64,000 bases of DNA from Babesia bigemina (taxonomy: Eukaryota), in contig NC_027218.1 of NCBI RefSeq assembly GCF_000981445.1, positions 62,001-126,000 of the forward strand, in the 5' to 3' direction. The position numbers and the translations under genes are program-made. Positions 24,019 through 35,587 of the stretch are shown here, in pieces; the stretch's first letter is position 1, and each line of letters opens with the position of its first letter. The notes under the pieces are model-generated. The model was not told the origin of the DNA. It searched no databases and was given only the letters and a program-made list of their open reading frames with translations.

Positions 24019-24028
24019 GTGAGGGAAG

Positions 24029-24496
24029 ATGGGATATGAATGGACTCCCCCGTGTCATTGTAATAAACACTGTACAAAGACTGACTGTAAGTGTTGTCCC
24101 TATTGTTGTGCGCAATGTAAACGATCGTGTTTGTACTGTAAGGAATTTTACAATAAGCGCATGAGTGGACTAGACCCGTGCGTTCCTTCGCGTTGTGATA
24201 ATTGTGTCAAAGAAACATGTTATTGTATTTGTTGTGTCCAGAAACGCTATGACGCTAGTCAACAACTTGCCGCCAGTCAAGAGCATCGCTCATCGTCTAC
24301 CACTATGCAGCGTTCCCCCGGCTCCCCCTCTCTCCCCCTCGTAGAGCAGCAAACCGGTCAACGGTCTCCCTCCAACCCCATCCCTTACATCATCGTCCCC
24401 GTCGCCCTCGTCATCATCGTCATCATCGTCATCTGCGTCATGATCTACTTCTGCATCCGGCCGTTCCATAGGGTGCGGTATCTACTGCGCAGCTAA
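24029..24496 (+). CDS. Small Cys-rich protein with C-terminal transmembrane helix (ves-island associated)
   Basis: 155-aa ORF: Cys/Lys-rich N-terminal half, Ser/Pro/Gln linker, TM segment IPYIIVPVALVIIVIIVICVMIYF and basic tail. May be the last exon of a larger or decayed gene. Confidence 0.65.
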   Translation: MGYEWTPPCHCNKHCTKTDCKCCPYCCAQCKRSCLYCKEFYNKRMSGLDPCVPSRCDNCVKETCYCICCVQKRYDASQQLAASQEHRSSSTTMQRSPGSPSLPLVEQQTGQRSPSNPIPYIIVPVALVIIVIIVICVMIYFCIRPFHRVRYLLRS

Positions 24497-24610
24497 TCAC
24501 AATCACCCAACTGGCAACTGACATCTAATGTGCTAGACAGAGTAACGATTGCATCGATTACCAATCACATGAGCAGTGAGGTGACCACTTCCCCCCCTTC
24601 TCCCCAAGCC

Positions 24611-24688
24611 ATCGCCCTCATCATCATCGCCATCTGCGTCATGAGCTACTTCCGCATCCGGCCGTTCCACAGGCTGCGCGATTTACCG
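24611..24688 (+). repeat. Degenerate duplicate of the TM/tail-coding segment at ~24401-24486
   Basis: ATCTGCGTCATGAGCTACTTCCGCATCCGGCCGTTCCACAGG versus ATCTGCGTCATGATCTACTTCTGCATCCGGCCGTTCCATAGG. Confidence 0.85.
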
Positions 24689-25484
24689 TTTTGCATCGCA
24701 TTTTACAACTGACACTTTGTATTATCGCACTTATCGCACGCTTTTACGAATTGACGGCACAATTATCATTTAATGATTTTTACACGATCGTTTGATGTCA
24801 TCTAGTGTGGACACAGCGACGCATGGCCTGACCCGGGTTTATCGTTTCCCTGTCTAGCGTCTCACCCACCGGCGTCGGTTGCCGACAGTTGTTGCGCCAT
24901 ACATTATGTTGATGCGTCATAGTAATGTAGCCACTCACGATTTAATCCGTCCCCTTGAAGCTATCTTGGTCGACGACTCCTCCACGCTGCTGGTGTCATA
25001 CCCTCTGCGCAGCAGCATAATCCCTGGTCGGTTAAGCCCTGATGCCCCGCATATACGTCATCACTAGGACGTGACGTCGAAAAATGCCATGTCACTTAGG
25101 ATAGAGCTTCTTACGATGTCAACACAATCAACATTGTCATTAGCACCATTGCCATCTACCTAACGTGGTACTCACAGCGTCAGCTGGAGGCAGTCATTGA
25201 TTGGTTACACGGGTGGCCAGTCACTCATCTGCGGTACACTTACAGATGAGATGACCCAGCCAAGTATCACAATTAATGCTGAATAAATAAGCGACTAACA
25301 CTGCAATGCATCAGTTACAGCCTCTACTAAACCGGTGATTAGGCATTACGCTAGACATTACATTAGGCGGTGGGTTGCTATTTAGGTGTCTGGGTGAGCT
25401 AGGCAGTGGCATATTTGTAGTTGAGTACTGTAAACGTGACGATTGGCGATAAAGCAGCAATTAATGTCGCATACGAAAGTGCGA

Positions 25485-28400
25485 TTACGCTTGTAGGTAC
25501 GATATCTTGGCAAGTTTGCCGAGACGCGCTGCAGCCAACAATGATTGCGCGGCTATACGATGTGATGATGGTGAGTGCAGATGCGATTTGATGTGGAGCA
25601 GGTCGAGGCGGACGACCATGATGTGGAGGAGGTACAACAGAGAGAGGAGCCAGAGGGCGAGCACAAGGTAGGAGAATGGTTGTCTAATGATCCAGAGGAA
25701 TTCATCGCATTTTTCAAACAGCTTCCTGAAATATTCCGAATCGAGGACATTTTTCAATTGAGCTTGGAAGTTACGGCAATACCTTTTATTGTTTATGTCC
25801 AGCAAGCTAGTTGCATTACCGAATGTGAATCCGTAGTTGTAGAACGTGCTTAATACACCTCGGCATCCAACCAGTGAGTTGCATCTACAGCTGTTGCCTA
25901 CACCGTGCTGACCCTTCTTACATGAGTCAGCTGGAACACAACTAGGGCATCCCCAGTCTTTACAGGATATGTTGCAGAAGGCATCATATAGACAGTTAAG
26001 AAATCTATAAAGCGTCCATGGTGAGTAGATAGCCCATGATAGATATGTAGCTGAATCCTTCTGCGCTAAGTAATAATAGTTATCACCGCAAAGTGACTTA
26101 AGATAAGGGGCACAGTATAGATGCTTGTTAGGTAACACGCATGATTGCGTCATTGCCAGGCTTGACAAATCGGCTTTCGTTGCCTCATTATGTCGATCAC
26201 CGTGAGCGCTTTCCCCGTCACCGTAAGCGTTACGAAGCGGAATTGTAAGTTTGCTGGTCTCATCGTATAGCTTAATAGAGCCTTTGGTGATGGAGGTTGC
26301 GAAGCTATCGGCAAATGTTACCACGCTATCAACTCGACGTGGCGACGCAGCACTAAGCCCCTTTGCAAGTGTCAATGCGAAACCGAAGTGTTCAGGCAGC
26401 GTAGATGGCGCCTTGGGAGATAAGCACAGCAGACGTGCAATATGAGAATTACTTAGAAGCTTGCTTATCACGTTGCATATGTCGTTTCCTGTTCTTACGC
26501 TGGATGAAAATTGCCTGAAGCCAAGCGGGGTCATGCAAGGCATTCCCAACTTAGAAGTCGTAGGGCAAGTGGCGCATTCGTATTTGCAGCCTAGTTTTGT
26601 TAATTGATGCGGCAAGTGACCGGGCAGGCAGTCGTTTAGGTACGACATTAAGGGGGACATTGGTTGACAATTTGGTTGGCACTTTGCCTGGCACGTTGCT
26701 TGGCAGCATGGTTGGTCTTTTGGTTGACACGTTGCTTTGCCGGTAGCATAATCCGTGCATTGCCACTTGGTCGTAGGGATATGCTTGCCGTACAGACACT
26801 CCCGCCAACCGTGATGTTTAGCGCTTTCTCGGCATTTGCTGTGTAGGAACTGGAGCTGCGGAAGCAATCTGCGAAGGATGTCAGAAAGCATATCAAGGCA
26901 GTCCTCACCCGAGGTTGGATAGTGGAATTGCATCGAGTTATTTGAGAAGTCACTAGCGTAGAATGTGGCAGCGTCACCCGTGCCGAGGATGGTGGTCAGC
27001 AGATCGTAGGATTGCGAACAAACGTGAATGAGTGCGTTACGTGTATCCTCATACGTGATCGCCTGCGGATAAGCTTCTATCTTGGAAGAGCCCAAGTCAA
27101 ATACGGGGGTACCATCAAAGTCGTCTGACGGCTTGTTTGAATCCTCAAACGGATCACTGAGAGCGCTTTGCAACAGCGTATCGTAAACCGCGTTGCACGG
27201 CAACCCAGACAACCAACATAGAATTTCGTATATGTTACATGGCCGTTTCTTGGCAGCGAACGTCGATATATGACAGACTTGGTAGTACGTTTCGAGGCAG
27301 TGGTGACATTGTTCAAGGTACCCCGCGCCACGTACATTGAATAGTTTCATCGCACTCGTCATGATAGATTCGCCTTTCTTAGTTCTGTTCAACTCAGCGT
27401 TCTGGTTATCTGCATTTTTCGGCACTATATAACCACGTGTTTCAAAGAAGATTCCGAGCTTATTGGTTGTATTAATGGTTCTGAATCTCCAACCACCGTT
27501 ACATCTCTCCTTCAGATGCGACAAATCGTTAAAGAGCGTTGAGAAAACTGTGAGACACACTTTTGCGCAGTTCTTCCCTTCCTCAGTCAAGTCATACTTC
27601 TCGTAAACCTTTCCGGGCTGAAGGACATTGTGTAAATTCTTCCTCAGCTCACCTTCGAATTTCAGTCCCGAATACCTGTTGACATAAGAATAGCACAACT
27701 GAGAGCACAGCCCGTCCAACCCGGCACGTAAGCCATCAAGCAGCACGCCGTTGAAAATGCCGGAGAACGAGGAAGGAGGGAAAGTGGTGAGTTGCTGCTT
27801 GAGTGCGGCAAGGTTGTCGCTAAATGTACGATCGAAGTGGTTTGATTCGTGAAGCTTGGTGAGCAAGTTGTCCAACTTCTTTTTCAGTTTTTCAACATTA
27901 TCGCTGTTGGCGTTGTGCTTGACATGCCCAGTAGGGTACAGTGGAGGGGTCATGGATTGCTGCAAGATGTAGTCAAGGAGCGGATCGAGGTAGTGTCTCA
28001 ATTTATCTGCTGTCCATTTTAATTCATGTATACCGGCACACTGAGTGAGGGTGTCATGATTGTTCTTCATATTCCATAGCAGGCACTTGATACCGCTGGC
28101 TCTGTCCTTGTCGACGATATTTCGGATTTCAGATTTTTGAGTGTTTACAATTGACTTCAGCTTTTCGACCTCCTTCTGTATGCGGTTGGCGTAAATGCGT
28201 TGAGCTTTATTCCTGACGTTTGTTGTTGTCGTTCCTACTTCTTTTGCGACATATTCATTGATCTCCTTAAATGCTTTGTCGGCCTCATCATTGATTTTCT
28301 GGAAGAATTCACCAGCTTTCTTAATGATGCCTTCCACGGTTTCAGGTTGACTACCATCTGAATTGCCAATGATACCTTTAAGGTTGGCCTCTATATGTGC

Positions 28401-30911
28401 AAGTCCTTTCGCAGTACTCGTCGTTTCTGCCCAGTTGTCATTCGCTGGACCAAGGCCCGAAGTCTTCAACTTCTCAATCTTATTAATCACTTGATCCTGC
28501 AACGTCGTTCTTAGCGTTCTAAGTTGCGACGTGATGGCGCTGACACTTTTTTGTATATTAGTTTGGATAATACCCAACTTGCTTTCGATGTCAGTCGCCA
28601 ACTTGATTTTAATTTGATTGGCAAGCGTATGAAGCTCATTCCTAGATGTTTCGAGTTTTCCTCTCAGTGTGTCACTGTTTTGCTTTTTACCATCACCAAT
28701 CTTATCCAGCACATCATTCTGAAACGCGCCGACCTGTTTGTAAACTTCTTTCATGGCACCCGTGGCCTGGACGTATTCAGGAGCCCTGCCTCCATTATGC
28801 TTCCATATCTGATCTACGTTAGCGTTGATATCATCCTGAATGGCTTTGAGCATTTTAATGATACTCGAGTTGGCTTCACCGACGGACTTGGAAATCTCAT
28901 TTAGCTTTTGCATGGAGGCGTTGGCATCTTGTACGTGTCTACTACCACCAGTTTGGCTAATTGCCATTATTCGCGTTTTGAATACGCTAACTGCCTCCTG
29001 AAATTCTGCCTTAACACGTGTAATAGTTTCAAGGCATTTCAGCATTGCCTCAGATTTATTACTTTGCCCCCCTGTAGATTTATCATTTTTTAATTCTTTC
29101 AGCCCTTCAATCTGTGCCTTAACAGCATTGAAAATGTTGGTAAATGCTTCTCTGCCGTCTTTGTAGGAGCCATAGTTATAATTCATTTTTTTTAGATTGT
29201 TTAACTGACTTTCTAGATCTGTATTGAGCGCTCTATGCAATTCCTCAATCGTATCTCCCCATCCTCCACTGGCAGTAACTGTACCAATGGCCTTAGTGGA
29301 CATATCAATAGCTTCCGAGATCTTCTCAAGCTTCGACAGTATGCCATACACCGCACCGCTGAGCTGACTATGTATACCGTAAGCGGATCTATAAATTTCA
29401 TCCGCCTCTTTATCAAGTTTCTTAAACTCAGAGTCTTTTCTACCGGTGGTGCCAATCTTTGTATCCACTAACGTTGCAGCGACACTTAATGCCGGTTCTA
29501 CTCCTTTTTTTAGCACATGTTTGATGCTTTTTTAATCTGTTTCGCTGTTAGGTATATCCTTTCCATGTGCTTTGCTAAGTGCATCAATGTTCACATTAAT
29601 CTGCTTGCCACCCGTAAGGGGATCTAAATCTGTATTCACATCGCCAGCTGCAGTCACCGCTCCCTGCAGCAACTTCTTCGCAGCTTGAATCCATGTTTTT
29701 AAATCTTCATCGACACTGGTTAATTTCGTTTTCACTTTTTTGATGGGATCCTCAATTTTCTGTTGAAATTCAGTTTGCAAAGTTTCTCTGACACTAATAA
29801 TACGATGAGTTACTTTCCCTTCCACACTGCACCTCAATGTATCCAACTCACTCCCTGCAAACTTGTTCAACTCCTCAATATCCTTATTGTCTGCCGATTT
29901 TTTAAAGTTGTTGACAGCTTGATGCAGTGACTTCATCGACGGTGCTAACTTATCTCCCATTTCACTATCAACATTCTTCAAGTCCTTTTCCGCCAAATGG
30001 ATATGCCCGGTCATCCTCGTGGCGATTAGAGAACAAGAGTCATACTGTTGAAAAAGTCTATATGTACTTAAGCCTTGAACATCATTAATATCGCTGTCAA
30101 TCTCATTAATAAGTGTATCTAAGTGCTTAGTAACTTCACTAGTTTTTTCATCTAATTTTTTATCATACCCCTCCAACCACCTCTTCACCTTCTCGACAGA
30201 CTCCGCAAGCCCATCACGCCCGGAGCCTATTTTTTCTTCCAACAACTTAATAACTTCGTTAAGCCTTTTATTAGGTTCACTGATGTACTTATCATAAGTT
30301 GTCACTTCATTTTCATTTTTAACACTCTCCAACACCCCCTTCAAAAATCCCATCACTGCATCACACAGCCTGTCCAAGTCAGAGTACACTATCCCAGTGC
30401 CGTCGTAGCCTTTGGAGGATGGATTGAAGCCTAGGAAGGTTTCGAGGCCAGTACACAGGTTTGTGAGTAAGTCTTTACATTGAGTCTCATCCGTCAATCC
30501 AGTGAGACCCTCTTTAAGTTTCAGAAGCCGATCCAACTTGGAAACAATGTCCAGATAAGCTTTCTGTTGGGAATCGTCAAGGTGACTTTTATAGCAATTT
30601 TTAATGCTCTCACACTTAGTTTTAAGGTCATTAAAATGTTTGTTCTCAGGATTTTTAGAGTCCTTAAGCTTCTCAATTTCAATCATTTTACCCTTGCAAC
30701 AGGAGTAAGTCTTGGAAGGATCGAGGAGTTTGAGTAGCGCATTAAGATTTGTGGTATACGCCTTCTCAATAGCCTCCTCAATCAACTTCTTCAATGCTTT
30801 GGCCAACTCACCAAGTCCATTTCCACTCCCATGCCTAACCTGGATAAGCCAGTCGATGGCCTCCCGGAGGTTTTCCGGGCAGTCCGTGAGCTTCTTAAAT
30901 TGCGGTGCCAT
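25485..30911 (-). pseudogene. ves1: ves1/VESA1-family ('Ebh-like') variant erythrocyte surface antigen, ~1808 codons, with one in-frame TAA at 29532-29534
   Basis: N-terminus MAPQFKKLTDCPENLREAIDWLIQV and GYDGTGIVYSDLDRLCD; long coiled-coil middle; Cys-rich domains; C-terminal TM plus RLDLLHIKSHLHSPSSHRIAAQSLLAAAR, all typical of Babesia ves1-like genes. ORFs 29532-30911 and 25485-29516 are in the same frame. Confidence 0.85.
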
Positions 30912-32860
30912 GCTTCAGAAGTGAATGCTCAAAGGATGCGCAACCTCAAGCAACCAGTCACCAATTTTGGGTTGCAGACCCCGACTCCTGAGAAAATGCG
31001 TTTAGCACTGGACGGCGGACGAACAACCTTATTTATCTTCTCAACTACATTAGCTGCACTTGTGCCAGATGAGGGACGTATTTACATACCATGTCCAAAA
31101 ATAGCATCCGCCCTGCTCACCGATTCCCAGCCTTCAGCGTCTAGACACCCAGAATTGCAATACACTTTAGGTCGGGGTTGAAGCTTCTCAACTACATTCA
31201 AGTGCTTAGAGGCAGAGAGGAATATGCGCGACCTACGAAATACTGGAGCTAATATTCACACCGAATCATCTCCAGATCTCATAAAATTACTGGCCTACCC
31301 CATTACTTCCACAGTCCACTAATCTGACAAAGTGCATCTTCCCGACACTCTAAGGCGAGCTGAAGTTGGGGGATGTAGGTAATCGCCTCGTGCGTATCAG
31401 CAGCAGGCGTGGTAACGGAAATGCTACTCCCCCTTCCGCTTCCACAAGCAGTGGGATTGTCGATGCGTGACGGATGAAGGCGCAATATAAACATGGCGTA
31501 TACCGAATCTAACTCGGAGTATGACCGAAGATTAGTGCGGACTATAAGCAATTGTATGAGACAAGAGTGGTAAGGGGCGGCGGAATACCGTGGTTACGAT
31601 GTAGAGCATAAGCGAAGACGGAGGACAAGGCAGCATAATGAATATAATATACTCATCCAAGATCGTCGGAAGAGCAGAAGCATCGCCTCGATACCCGGAT
31701 CGCCAGCCAAGCAAACTTGGCAGACCGACCTATACAAGATAAGGAAGCATGAGGATTCTGTGGAGTAGCTCCACGGAAGGGCATTCAGCTATTAGACAAG
31801 GCCCATGATGGTACCGCATGTGTTTAGTGACATGGAACCAAGAGCAGACTACGATTCCGTAGAAGACCCTCAAGCCCAAACTGGATGGATGCACGCTTGG
31901 ATGGCACCAGTGACGATCGGCAACAGACCGAGGTGGTTCCCGCAACCAGTATTAGCGTGAGGCTGCAGCCCCGCAAGGCCGAGAGTATGCTCTATTCACG
32001 TGGCCACATAGCACACTATATGATAAAAGAATATAATAATAACGAGGAAAAACGTTTTAGGATGTATATATGGAGTTATAGATGTAGGAGTATGGTGTTA
32101 TGGTATTGTGCAGTTATTGCCATACGTCCAGCAATTCTCGGGATGCCCAGAGTTACGCTATCTGAAGTGTCTATCATAAAACCACTATTGATTCTACCTA
32201 CTGCAGCCACTAGCACGTAACAATATTTAATATTCAAATATGGCGTTATTTGTACTCTTTACTGCTGCTGGGTAGTTATCGCTGCATACCTTTAGTTCAT
32301 TTGCTTCTTGTTTTATATTGCGCGGTAAGCGGCTAAGCATATTCTATCGCCTTTTGCGGCTAATAAGTGCTCACACTCTCCTACCTATTTGCTTAAAAGT
32401 GAACATGGAGCATCGCAGTACCACCAACTCACGGTGATGTGTCCCTTCGAACAGTGGGCAAGTCGGCGCTTTTGGAATATTGGTTGGCCTCCTCATAGTC
32501 GCCTTTCGGCAGGATGTTGTTCGTCACATACCTTATCACACGAGTTTTCGCGTGTTTATTGCACGCTATGTATATATAATACTTTTGAAGATACCGCAGG
32601 TTGTACGTGTTAGGTCACGTTATCTGGTAACAGTTCGAAAACATCCTTCGCGCTGTGGTGACGCATCATTGCCTTTCAATGTTGAACATACCCCAAATAG
32701 TATGAAAATTGCCTAATGACATCTCCATTTAGACAAACACAATCTCTTTTCGGGAGAGGTACCATCTCGAAGTGCTACACAATAGCATCGATTTTGCTAT
32801 ATTGAGCTTCTATATTAGAGGTATGCGATATTGAACTATTTTTCACCACACGTGTTGACG

Positions 32861-32943
32861 CCGGTGGTAGCTCAGTTGGTAGAGCGGCAGACTGTAGAAT
32901 TGTGGCTATCTGTTGGTCGGTGGTTCGATTCCGCCTCACCGGA
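32861..32943 (+). tRNA. trnY-GUA: tRNA-Tyr(GTA) with ~10-nt intron (32898-32907)
   Basis: Acceptor CCGGTGG/TCACCGG, D-arm GCTCAGTTGGTAGAGC, anticodon stem GCAGA/TCTGT with GTA at 32894-32896, T-loop GGTTCGATTCC. Confidence 0.95.
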
Positions 32944-32944
32944 C

Positions 32945-32949
32945 TTTTT
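32945..32949 (+). terminator. RNA polymerase III terminator (T-run)
   Basis: TTTTT immediately after the tRNA discriminator base. Confidence 0.7.
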
Positions 32950-33043
32950 CACTTCGACAGATTGGTCTTTAGCCTCCCAACCAGCCTTTCAACTAGAAAC
33001 ATTTGAAGGCTAACAGTGTTATTTATACATTAATATATGCGTT

Positions 33044-34720
33044 TTAAACGCTGGCTGCATGCCGATCCACCTCGTCGATGGTTCGTTTATGTCTCGGGTT
33101 GACGAAATGCGGCAGCTGGGAATTCTTGAGGTAGCGTATGTTGACTGCGATTTGGTCTTTGTACGCTTCCATTTCCGTCCACCCGTTAATGATTTCCTTG
33201 AAGCCCTTGATTGACATTCGCATGTCGAATGTTTTTGCGGTGGGCTCCGTCGTGCCCGTAGTGGTGTCTTTGCCGCTTACATTGCACTTGAAGCCGAAAA
33301 ACACGCATGATGCGTAGTCCCATTCGTGATGCTGCGTTTATTTACAGCACGAAAAATGTCTTTACCTTGTACTTGAAGAACTCCGGCCACGGCCTGACAA
33401 GGATGCTTGGAACGACTTCCAATTTTTTAATCAAAAAGCGCATCCGGCTGCCAATCCAGCCTTCCCACTTGCCATGTATCTGCAATTTGTATGCTACGGG
33501 TACATTGAATGCGCCTTACGTGTTCCGTTGCTGCCATCACCTCGATGACGAGGAAGTGCTTGTGGGAAGCAAACATGTCCTCCTTTTCAAGGACCTGCTG
33601 CCATACCCTGGACATATCGGATGCCTTTCTTTGCGATTTGAGTAGTTCATGCGCCCTTTTGAACTCCTCTGTCAGTATCCTTTTGGTGGTGAGCGTGATG
33701 TTGTGCGTGGAGTTCATTGAGGGGAACGCAGGCGTGATGACCGGCATGAGATGCTGTCTGTCCTGCGAGCATTTGCACTTTTTGCTGACATTCTAAACCT
33801 ACGGTTGGGTTGTTTCTGGGATCCCAGACTTTGAATGCCATGTATCCGGGGAGGTTTGGCACCTCCTTGATCTTACAGAGCATGACGGGGAACTTCCAAT
33901 TCCACTGCGCGTACACTCTGAAGAACTTTTGTATGAGTTGATTTGGGAGGAAGTTAGGGTAGAGTTGGCAGACCCGTGCCGTGAGAATAGCCCACGCTAC
34001 TCCACCCATGTATCCCATGACGGTGGTGTAGAGTCCTCTCCTGTTGGCCCAGAGTTTTACGTATCTGAGCGTCGTCCTGAAGTTTTCCTTGTTGGGTACC
34101 AGTGCTAACATGAGCGCTGCCACTCTGCATCCGTTGATGCTGCGTGCGGTGGGTTCGTTCATGTTTCTGAGTACTGCGTCGTCGAGGACGTCGATTTCCT
34201 CGGGCACGGTTGAGGCCGGGAGGCTGGCGAAAAGCAAGTCAATATCAATGCCATCATATGTAAGTTTGATTACTGGCGTGTATGCGTCGGGCACGGCGTG
34301 CAATTTGGTGATTAGGTTGACTTGCTTGAGTAGGTTGTAGAAGTCGGTGAAGAAAGCGTCCCTGGTGACTGACTGCGGGCAGAGACATAGGCAATCGATA
34401 TCGCTGTCCGGAGCCACAATTCCAAGCCTGTATGAACCGAACGTTAGGAGTTTGGCTGATATTTTTGCAGCTTCGTCGTCCGGTATTCCTAGGTGTCGCG
34501 CTGCGTTTTTCCGGACGAATTGCTGCAGTAGGCGGTTGAGCGCCTCTAAAACCTTTTCTCTCTTGAGCTTCCCCTCTTCAGTTTCGTACAGGTTCTGTGC
34601 GCGCAAGAACTTCAGGAGTTCTGCCGTGGCCTCTCTGTCGCCTTCCGCCGGGCCATCGACACTGACGGGTTCAGTAATCCCGTACCTGTCCTCACTGCTG
34701 TTCGCATTTGGTTCAGTCAT
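33044..34720 (-). CDS. PAP: Canonical poly(A) polymerase (multi-exon)
   Basis: YGITEPVS, TFGSYRLGIVAPDSDIDCLC, DIDLLFA, RSINGCRVA, GGVAWAIL and MPVITPAFPSMNSTHN. Confidence 0.95.
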
Positions 34721-35587
34721 TTGCCCTAAACGAGTGAGTTAGCCGTCGTGTTTTGCAGCTACTCCCTGAGACGACGGTGCTTGATCGCCTTCCGTACGAC
34801 GCGATCCCTGTTGCTGGGCAGATTCGCCTTTTGTTTGGAGATTAGGCCTGCTCAAAAACATTACCGCATTACCACATGACTTGAATATAACCGCCACGTG
34901 GTATCGATGTCGACTTGAGACGTGATTCCTCCTTCAAGTTCTCTGTAGTTGACTTGGCGTATATATGCTAGTGGAGGCCTATAGTAGCCCGCACGAATGT
35001 GGGCGTCAGCTAGCCCATACGAGAATTGTACTGTATAAGGAATTATTTCCTGTGAGACACGCTCTCCCTCAGATAAAAAACTGCTTAACGTGGGTCATGA
35101 GCCATGCGCAGACAGGCGGAGTGGCTGGGTTGCATACCAAGAACGGACACACCGGAGACATAATCAGATTTATAAGAGCGCTATTGTAAATGCTGTTTCG
35201 TGATATGCTACATACGATCATCCGGTTAAGCAGCAGTTGTCGGGACGCGTGATAACCTTGTGGTTGTGCATTAAGAACGAGTAAATATCGCACACATTCA
35301 CCAATAGGCGGCTCATTCCACCATATTTAACGCTTCGGAGGCAGATTTCACGTGATGTGTGAGCGGATATTGCGTTGTTTTTGCCTCTTGGATCTGGCTG
35401 CTTCCCAAGGCAATTGACTTCATTTTTGTGTCAGGAAAATTCAGAGAGGCGCACTTTTTTGTTTAAGAACACACTTTAGAACATCCGTAATTGGCTATTG
35501 GCTTTCTGGTTCTGTTATCGCTACCGTGGGACATTGTCTACTTCAAATGTTTTTGCTGACTCATACGTAATGCCGTAATCTGTAGCG

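Noticed and set aside
23451..24077. 208-aa repetitive ORF on the minus strand
   Set aside because: Repeat unit lengths (79, 72, 74, 76 nt) mostly are not multiples of 3 and the peptide changes frame between units, so there is no sign of coding selection. The + strand carries regular splice signals. Treated as an antisense shadow.
29532..29590. Intron ending at CCTAACAG rescuing the ves1 stop
   Set aside because: That acceptor lies upstream of the TAA, and all three frames after it reach a stop.
31300..32800. Short ORFs or transposon remnant upstream of ves1
   Set aside because: No transposase or RT motifs and no terminal repeats. More consistent with ves upstream non-coding DNA.
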